This document shows positions 40,572 through 49,300 of a stretch of 50,060 nucleotides of DNA, piece by piece. The notes under the pieces were generated by a model. That model was not told the DNA's origin and made no database searches. It saw nothing but the letters and a program-made list of their open reading frames with translations. Within the stretch, counting starts at the first letter, position 1, and each line of letters begins with the position of its first letter. Origin of the DNA: Chrysochromulina tobinii (lineage: Eukaryota). The stretch is taken from NCBI GenBank assembly GCA_001275005.1, contig JWZX01003125.1, positions 1 to 50,060 of the forward strand. Direction: 5' to 3'. The translations under genes and the position numbers were made by a program.

Positions 40572-43004
40572 TCAGCCCTGCGTACCTCCTCCGCCTCCCT
40601 CGCCGCCGCCTCCGCCTCCCTCGCCGCCACCTCCGCCTCCCTCGCCGCCGCCGCGTCTTCCCACAGGCTCTCGGCTCGGGTTCGGACTCCTCCCTCCTCG
40701 TACTACAGTAGTGCGCAGCGGCTCAGGGCTCGGGGACGGCGTCTGGTCAGCCCGCAGAGGCTCAGGGCTCGGGGTCGGCGTCTGGTCAGCCCACCGTGCC
40801 GGCGCGACTTCGCGCGTGCTGGTCTGCGGCGCGATCCTGACGCCCTGCCGGGCATGGGGACTCGAGCTCCTACTCATAGGTCGTGGCCGAGCAGAGGTCA
40901 GCAACCTGAACTGATCGACGTACTCCTGCATGGGCACCGGAGCGACTGTCCAAGGGGCTCCGTCCCGGGCGGCGCCTCCTCCTCTGCCCTCGGCCACACG
41001 CGCCGCCTCGAGCGCGTCCTCGCTCTCCTGCAGCGCGTGAAAGATGGGCAGCAGCAGCTGCTGGCAGCGCCGAATGATCGTGCTCACGCGAGGGAATTCG
41101 CGCGAGTAGAGCTTCGAGTGCAGCCCTGCGACCGCGCTCCGGAAGTCGAGCCCGGCCCCAGCCGACGACGCGCCGCTCGCCGGCACGTGGTTCACGATCA
41201 GGTACACTTCAAAGGCTCCCAGCCGATTGGCGCGCGCCGTGGTCTTTGCCGCGGACGGGCCCGTGAACGAGACGTTCGTGGGCATGAAGCCGTGTGGCGC
41301 GTGCGGGTACGAGCTGAGCCGACGTGAATCGAATATCTCCTCCTCGACCGCGACGGCCCGCACGACCTTGGCGGGGATGTAGCGCGACGGCCTCTGCGTC
41401 GTCGCCGACGAGAAGGAGAGGGCGCCCTCCCACTTGGCGAGAGGGCTCACGATCGCCTCCCCGATGGCATCGGCTAGGCGTCGGTAGGTGCGCTCATACA
41501 TCTCGGGATCGTGCGAGAGGCTATGACCCAATGAGAGCCCGGTGCCGCGCAGACGTGCAGAGCCGCCTAATCGGGGAGACCCCCCCAAAGCACCGCTCAC
41601 GCCGCCGCCCGGATGATAATTCATCTCGACCACCACCAAGACCGACGGGCGCGGCTCGCCAACCTTCCGAGGAGCGCTCAGTGGGGAAATCGGACGCTCC
41701 CGCAACGACTCCGAGGCCATGCGCTGCAGCATCGCCTTCACGGCGGGGGATTCGAGCATGTTCGCCCTCCACGCGCCCTTCTCGCCGTAGATCTCGGCCT
41801 CGAGCACCTTCATCACGGCCTCATGAGGGGCGCTCTTCGTGTTGCTGCCGCCCTTCTTCGCACTGCCTCCCGAGCCCTTGGCCTTACCCGCATTGGCAAC
41901 CTCGCGACTCCACGCCTCCTTGCCGGCCTCCTTGACGGTCGTATTCACAGCGCACAGCTTCTTGGGCAGGTCTTGGATTGCGGGACGATAGGCCGAGCGC
42001 GGAGGGAGGGACGATCGCGCCGGGAAGGCGATCTTGGCGGCACGATGGGCGCGGCTCGCGAGTGCATTGGCGACTGATCGCTGATGGCTCTTGTAGATCA
42101 TCACCGTGTGCTGTATGTCCGGAACGCCGCCGCTCTCCGCCGCGCCGATCACCAGGGCAGCCGGCCGCGCGATCGTAGCCTCATAATCGATGGGCCACTG
42201 CCATTGCTGCCCGCTGATAGTCCAGGCGGGCCGCTCGTTGTCGGTGCCTCCGCGCCGACGCATCTGTTGACGGCGCAGTTCGATCGACGAGGCGGTGGAC
42301 ACGTGGGAGAGCGCCTCCAGTTCCGGCGGCTGCTGCGGCGGCTGCGGCTGCCCGGAGCGTGGCGAGAAGATGGCGGGCCTGGGGGTCGCTGGCCGGCGGG
42401 GTGTGGAGCTGGAGGGCGAGGTTGGGATGTAGATATGTGCCCCGTGCTCTTGCGACGGCGAGGAAGGGACGATCCTTGGTGCCCTCTTGGGCGCGCGCAC
42501 CTTGTCCAGTGGCCATCCGCAACTGTGACAGAACTTGTGCGTCGCCAAACTTCCCTCCTCTCCGCATGCGAGGCAAGCGTCGTGGAACACCTCCTCGAGC
42601 GTATCCGGGAGCTGATGACCGCACAGGCAGCAATGCGTGGCATTCTGGGGATGCAAGAAGGATTGGCAGCCAGGGCACACGGTGGGCGTCTGGAACCCTC
42701 CCAATGGATCCACCGAGAGCTCCCGGAAGCTCTCGGCCGTCGCATCTGGGCTTGCGGGTCGAGGTACCGGGTCTAACGGCAGCGGCCAGCCGCACTGGCA
42801 GCAATAGTTTCCGTCCTCCTGATCGGTGCCGCAGCGAGTGCACATGAGTTGATGGTGAATGGCAGACTCTTTGGGCAGCTTGTGGCCGCAGCCGCAACAA
42901 TGTGACGCAAAGTCGGGATGAGTCTCGAGCCCGCAATACGAACACGGCCGCGGGGTTGAGACGGCGTTCTTGGTCGCTCGTTTGGAGGTGCGAGAGTCGA
43001 TCAT
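40572..43004 (-). CDS. Multiple double-zinc-ribbon protein with an Rdx/SelW-like segment; 3' end ambiguous (frame switches near 40700 and 40390)
   Basis: Four CxxC...CxxCG units; SHDPEMY...RLGAFEVYL...LHSKLYSREFP. Likely start MIDSR at 43004. Confidence 0.6.
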   Translation of the reverse strand: MIDSRTSKRATKNAVSTPRPCSYCGLETHPDFASHCCGCGHKLPKESAIHHQLMCTRCGTDQEDGNYCCQCGWPLPLDPVPRPASPDATAESFRELSVDPLGGFQTPTVCPGCQSFLHPQNATHCCLCGHQLPDTLEEVFHDACLACGEEGSLATHKFCHSCGWPLDKVRAPKRAPRIVPSSPSQEHGAHIYIPTSPSSSTPRRPATPRPAIFSPRSGQPQPPQQPPELEALSHVSTASSIELRRQQMRRRGGTDNERPAWTISGQQWQWPIDYEATIARPAALVIGAAESGGVPDIQHTVMIYKSHQRSVANALASRAHRAAKIAFPARSSLPPRSAYRPAIQDLPKKLCAVNTTVKEAGKEAWSREVANAGKAKGSGGSAKKGGSNTKSAPHEAVMKVLEAEIYGEKGAWRANMLESPAVKAMLQRMASESLRERPISPLSAPRKVGEPRPSVLVVVEMNYHPGGGVSGALGGSPRLGGSARLRGTGLSLGHSLSHDPEMYERTYRRLADAIGEAIVSPLAKWEGALSFSSATTQRPSRYIPAKVVRAVAVEEEIFDSRRLSSYPHAPHGFMPTNVSFTGPSAAKTTARANRLGAFEVYLIVNHVPASGASSAGAGLDFRSAVAGLHSKLYSREFPRVSTIIRRCQQLLLPIFHALQESEDALEAARVAEGRGGGAARDGAPWTVAPVPMQEYVDQFRLLTSARPRPMSRSSSPHARQGVRIAPQTSTREVAPARWADQTPTPSPEPLRADQTPSPSPEPLRTTVVRGGRSPNPSREPVGRRGGGEGGGGGGEGGGGGGEGGGGGTQG

Positions 43005-43341
43005 CGCGCGCGTGTGGTACAGCGGATTGGGGTTGCAGCCACCTGCCGTGACTGGGCGAACTGTCTGTTCATCCGCGTTTTCAACGGTTCCATAAATAGC
43101 ATTGGCACATATCCAAGCATGCATGCGCCGACCGCCGAGCGTGACCAACAACAGATACACCTCCATACATTGTACTACTAGCACTATTACGTACTTGTAC
43201 TTTATTTCTTCATTCCCATGCAGCCTACTTGTATTCGGTCAGTTCTGAGACCTCTCCCGCGACGGTCGCGCCTCTCTGCTTTTATCCGCTTACGAAAGCC
43301 AGATCTGTCGAAGCAGCACCTCCTGCTCCTGCTCCTCCTGC

Positions 43342-46300
43342 TCAGGAGATGACAATCTCGAAGAGCTGCGCGTCCTGAATCGACCACGCGCTCGCATCGA
43401 GCTCCGTGAGCCCCGCCCCCTTCTCCGCAGCGCCGTCGCGCCGAGGGCAACGCAGCAGCCGGCCGGTGTGCGCGCGGAAGGAAACGATGTCCCCATGCCG
43501 CAGCAGATGGGGCGGCTTATGGCGCGGCGCCGTCGTGGGCGGCGGCGCGCCCGGCCAGCTACCCGTCGACGGCGCCGTCGTGGGCACCAGTTCGATCCGA
43601 AACGCTTGCCATTCGGCAACCTCCGTCCACCGAGCCTGCACCGCGCTGCCCTCGACGTCCAAGCAGTAACCGTTGCCTCCGCGCAGGCTCACCGTCTCGC
43701 CTGAGAAGAGGGGACCGCCCGCCGTGGTGAGCACTTGCATGCAAGGCAGCTCATCCGTGGCAATCAACGTACCTGAGAAGAGGGGACCGCCCGCCTTCTT
43801 CTCGATGAGCACTGCGCCGTAGTGGCGGTGCGCGGGCGTGAAGTGAGCGGGTAACGGCGCAATCCCCACCTGATGAGGGGAGCAATCATGGGCAATGAGT
43901 GCGGTCATCAGAGGCCATCAAGTGGGCGGGTGACGGCGCATTCCCCACATGGTTGGCAAACAAAAGATAGACGGGAAGCTCAGTCGCGCGCTCGGAACAG
44001 CGCTCGGTGGCGGCGGTCGCCGGGCGGGCGTCTTCGTGCAAGGGCTTGGGACGGTCCGCCTCAAACGCAGCCCACGTGTCCGCTCCTCCAGCGCCGTCCT
44101 GGGCGCCGTCCTGAGCACCGTCCCGAGCGCCTTCCCGAGCACCACTCGCGGGCTTGGGGCTCTCTTCGAAAGATTCGGCGGCGGAGATCACGCCAGATTC
44201 GGCGGCGGAGATCACGCCAGATTCGGCGGCGGAGATCACGCCAGATTCGGCGGCGGAGATCACGCCAGATTCGGCGGCGGAGATCACGCCAGATTCGGCG
44301 GCGGAGATCACGCCAGATTCGGCGGCGGAGATCGGCGAGGCGAAGCCGAAGGCGAACGATTCCGAGGGCGAGCCTGATGAGTGGCGTCATCAGAGGCGAT
44401 CAATGGCGCGTCATCAGAGGCAATCAGTGGCGCGTCATCAGAGGCCATCCACGGCAGCTGCAGGTGGCGGCGCACCCAGTGGTGAAGCGAAGGTCGCCGC
44501 GAGAGTCGCATTCACGATCGTCCCTTGCTTGAACGCGGCGCTACCTTTCCTGACGGAGGTCCCAAGGGTGCTCCCGAGGGCAGGGCCGATGGCAGCCGCA
44601 CTCTCAGCCTCGCTCAGCGCGCGTAGCATCACCTGTGCAACGAGTGGCGTCATCAGAGGTCATCAAAGGCCATCAGAGGTCATCAGAGGCCATCCGAGAC
44701 ACATTAGGAGCTGAGTGCCCAAGTGCCATCGGTGGCCATCAGAGGCGATCAGAGGCGATCAGAGGCGATCAGAGGCGATCAGAGGCGATCAAGAGGCGAT
44801 CAAGAGGCGATCAGAGGTCATAAGTGCCAATTGCACCTACGTGCCCGAATGGAGCGTGGGACGTCATCAGCAGTCATCATTATTCAACAGCAATCATCAG
44901 CCGTCATCAGCCGTCATCAGCCGTCATCAGCCGTCATCATGACGCACCTTAGTGCCCGAATGGAGCGTGGGACGAACGCGTGGCGCTCCTGCCAACGCCT
45001 GCAGAGACTCGGGGCAGTGGTCCGTGCCGGCCTCGAGCGCCGACAGCCTGATCCGAAACAGAGGAGCGCTGATGAGGGAGGCAATCAAGGACCATCAGAG
45101 GCCATCCGAGGCAATCAGACCTGATCCGAAAATAGGAGCGCTGATGAGGCGAGATGAAGTACGGCTCACAGACCGTCTTGAGCGCCGTCCACGAGTCATG
45201 ACCACCCACGCCCATATGGAGAGCATCGAGGTGGACGTAGATCGAGGGCTCACGCCACTCGCGGAGTCGGTCGGTCGGCGGCGGCTGAGGGCGCGGCGGC
45301 GGCGGCGGCGGCACTGGCGCGCCGTGCTGGCGCGAGATCGTGAGCTCGTCCAGCGAGATGTTGTGTACCGTCATCAAGCTGGGCGGCAGCTCGGGCTGGC
45401 GGAGCGCCGTGCTGGGCAGTACCATGTCGGGCCACAGCACCGTGTTGGGCGGTGCCATGTCGGGGCGCAGCTCGCGCTCGTGTTTCGCCTCGGTGAGCGC
45501 CCCGACCGAGTAGGCGGACACGCTCACCTGGAGAGGGGGCGTGAGTGGCCCCGTGGCCAGCAGCAGCCCGCCGCCGCCGCCCCTGCCCTCGCCGCCGCCC
45601 TCGCCCTCGCCCTCCTCCTCACCGGGCGCCGTATTGGGCGCGCGCACCGCCAGCCAGCGCACGCCGCCCCGCCCGCCGTTCTCACTGGGCACCACGTAGG
45701 CAGTGTGCATGCCCTCGAGGGGTAGCGTGTGCACGCCGAGCCACGCCGAGGCCATCCGATCGGGGTAATTCTCGTGAGGGCCCAGCCCATACCTAATGAG
45801 GGAGGCACTCAGATGCAATCATACATGCGATTCCGATCGGGGTCATTCTCGTGAGGGCCCAGCCCATACCTAATGAGGGAGGCACTCAGATGCAATCATA
45901 CATGCAATTCCGATCGGGGTCATTCTCGTGGGGGCCCAGCCCGTACCATGTGACGAGTGTCGAAGTGCCGCCGTCGATGCCGCCGCCGGTGCCGCCGCCG
46001 GTGCCACTGCCGGTGCCAGTGCTGGTGCTGGTGCCAGTGCTGATGCCGGTGGCTCCGGTCGGTCGAGGAAGTTCGAGGATGACTCCAACGCGAGGTATGC
46101 TCGCAGGGCTCTCAGACGAAGGGTCGCCATTCGCCGCCGGCAGGCGCACCTGCAGCCGTCATCAGCCGTCATCAGTCGTCATCAGTCGTCATCAGCCGTC
46201 ATCAGCCGTCATCAGCCGTCATCAGCCGTCATCAGCCGTCATCAGCCGTCATCAGCCGTCATCAGTGACCATCGGCGCACCTGCAGCTGCAGATGACAGC

Positions 46301-49300
46301 AGACCTCGATGCTCGCGTCCCCCGCGATGAGATACACGAACGTCGCCGTACCAAGGCGCTGCCCCTTGTCGCCGAGCAGCCCCCAGTCGACGAGGACCGA
46401 CACGAGGGAGCGGCACGGCTGCCACGCACGCAGCCCCTCGAGGGTGCGGCTCATGTTGTGAAGCCCCGCCGCTCGCCATTGGTCGGCGTAACGGCCGAGT
46501 TCGTCATTGTCCGTTGGCGCGCGCCAGAGCGACGGGATCGGCCCCACCTGATGAAGGACGCAATCAGAGGTCATCAGTGGTTATCAGTGGTCCTCAGTGG
46601 TCCCAAAACGGTCATCAGAGGTCATCAGAGGTCATCAGCGGTCATCAGTGGTCATCAGAGGTCATCAGAGGTCCCAAAGCGAAGGGATCGGCCCCACCTT
46701 GGCCTTGAGCCTGCCGTCCACCACGTAGTTACGAAGCACGCCGTCTGCATCCACAGAGACGTCGAAGTGCTCTCCCGAGACGCTCCATCCGCCATGGCCG
46801 TCTGCAGCGAGCGTGAGCGGCGCCAGCGCATCGAGCTCGAGAAAGGGCGACGCGCCACTCTTCGTCAGCGCACCAGCACCGCCGCCGCCGCCGCTGCCCG
46901 CGAGGACGCACGGCGCACAGGGCGGCGGCGTGACCTCCCATGTGAAACGACCGACGGTTTCACCTCGGGCGGCCCACGCGTGCTCATCGCGCCAGATCGT
47001 GACGAGATCGATGGCCAGGGTGCCGCCAATCGGCGCCGCAAACGCCGCCGAGAGCGCCGCATGCCATGGAAGCGACGTCGCCGCAATCGACCACGTGGCA
47101 CCGGGCGGCAGGGCAGGGGTGCTCGCAAAGGCACCGTCGGCCATCGGGAGCCCGTCGCGGCGCAGCTGCCAGCGGAGCGCCGTGGTGAGCACTTGCATGC
47201 AAGGCAGGTCATCGGTGGCAATCAGCGCAGCTGCCAGCGAAGCGCCGTGGTGAGCACTTGCATGCAAGGCAGGTCCTCGGCGGCAATCAACGTACCTGCC
47301 AGCGGAGCGCGTACAGTTCGTCGAAGCGCCCGAAATCGAGCATCGAGCGCAGCGTGAGCAGCCGGCCTGTGGGCGCGAGGGTGGCGTACAATGGCTGCTG
47401 CAGATGGCGCACCTGATGGGGGAGGCAATCATGGCCCGTGGGCGCGAGGGTGGCGTACAATGGCTGCTGCAGATGGCGCACCTGATGAGGGAGGCAATCA
47501 TGGACCCTCAGAGGTCATCAGCAGCGTGAGGATGGCGCTACAGGGGCTGCTGCAGACGGCGCACCTCCTCTAGCGCAGGGTGTGGCGTCCGGTCGGGGAA
47601 CGTGAGGCCATTGATGCAGAACTGGCGATCGTGCTGGTAGGAATGGGGCCCGAAGTCGCCGCCGTACGCCCAGCGCATCGTGCCATCGGAGAGCCGTTGG
47701 AGCAGCCCCTGGTCGCACCTGATGAGGGAGGCAATCATGGATCATCCATGGCCATGAGCAGCAGCAGCAGAGAAGCCGATGGAGCAGGCCCTAATCGCAC
47801 CAGCCCCAGATGACCCCTGATGAAGGAGGCCATCATGTATCATCAGTGGTCATCAGTGGGCGCACCAGTCCCAGATGAAGCCGCCTTGCACGTGCGCATG
47901 CTCCCGGAAGAGCGCCCAATAGTCCGCAAGCCCGCCGTTCGAATTGCCCATGGCATGCGAGTACTCGCACAGGAGCAGCGGCCGGTCGTCATTCCCCACA
48001 GCGTCGACCAAATGGGCGCAGTGCTCGGGGCGCGCGTACATGGGCGAGATCACCTGGGAGATACATGGGAGATACATGGGAGATACATGAGCGATACATG
48101 GGCGAGATCACCTGGGAGTCACTCAGCGGCACTCAGCGGCACTCAGCGTCACTCAGCGGGGTTCAGAAGAGAGACTAGGGCGACCAGAGGGGCCTTAGAA
48201 GAGAGATTAGGGCCATCCGAGGGCATCGGAGGGCGATGCCGAGGCGATCCGAGGGCATCAGAGGGCGATGCCGAGGCCATCCGAGGGCCATCACCTCGGA
48301 GGCGCCGTTGTGGCAGTTGCCCAGCCCTTCGTAGTGAGAGGGACGCGTCGGGTCGCGCGCGTTGATCCACTGCCGCATGAGCAGATGGGTGGGTCCAACG
48401 CCACTCTCATTCCCCAGAGACCACATGAAGATGCATGCGTGGTTCTTCTGCGACTCGACCATACGTGTGACGCGAGCTAGCAGGGCACGCCGCCACTCGG
48501 GCGACGCGTTCAGATGGAGCTTGTTCGAGGGGGCGGGCAGGGAGACGAGGCCGTGCGTCTCGATGTTGGCCTCGTCCATGACGTACAGACCCACCTCATC
48601 ACAGATCTCGTACCTGATGAGGGGCGCAATCAAAGGTATTGAGGGACGCAAACAAAGGTAATGAGGGACGCAATCAAAGCTGGGCGCGCGGCCGCACCTG
48701 ATGAGGGACGCAATCAAAGCTGATGAGGGACGCAATCAAAGCTGATGATGAGGGGTGCACTCAGGGGACGCACTCAGAGGGCGCAGCTCAGGGGCACTCC
48801 GAGCCAGATCGCGAGCTCGTCGCAGATCGCGAGCTCGACGCAGATCGCGAGCTCGTCGCGGAGGTCGCGTACCAGCGCGTCGCGTTTGGATAGTGCGAGC
48901 AGCGCCTCGCGTGATGAGGGAGGCAATCGAGGGTGGCAATCACGTACCAGCGCGTCGCGTTTGGATAGTGCGAGCAGCGCGTCGCGTTGAAGTTGTACTT
49001 CTTCATCATCAGCGCGTCCGTCCACATGGACGCATCGCTCACGTACCTGATGAGGGGGGCACTCAGGTGCAATCATGCATGCAATCAGATGCCATTCGAG
49101 GCACTCTGTATAGCACGACCCCGCTCACGCACTTGCCCGTGTGCTCATCGTGCTCGTGCCGGTTGACGCCCTTGAAGATGACCGGCACGCCGTTGATCAG
49201 CAACTTCTTGCCTTGCACGCAGCATGTGCGCGCACCCAGCCGCTGCCATTCCCACTCGAGCACCCCACCAGGCTCCTCGCCCGCGTACCTGTGATGAGGG

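Noticed and set aside
44171..44333. 24-bp repeats as a CRISPR array
   Set aside because: Head-to-tail with no spacers, in frame in a eukaryotic exon, and no cas genes nearby.
46665..48939. ORFs starting MIASLIR or containing [10 protein letters not shown] as real peptides
   Set aside because: They are translations of the intron cassettes and interrupt conserved GH2 motifs.
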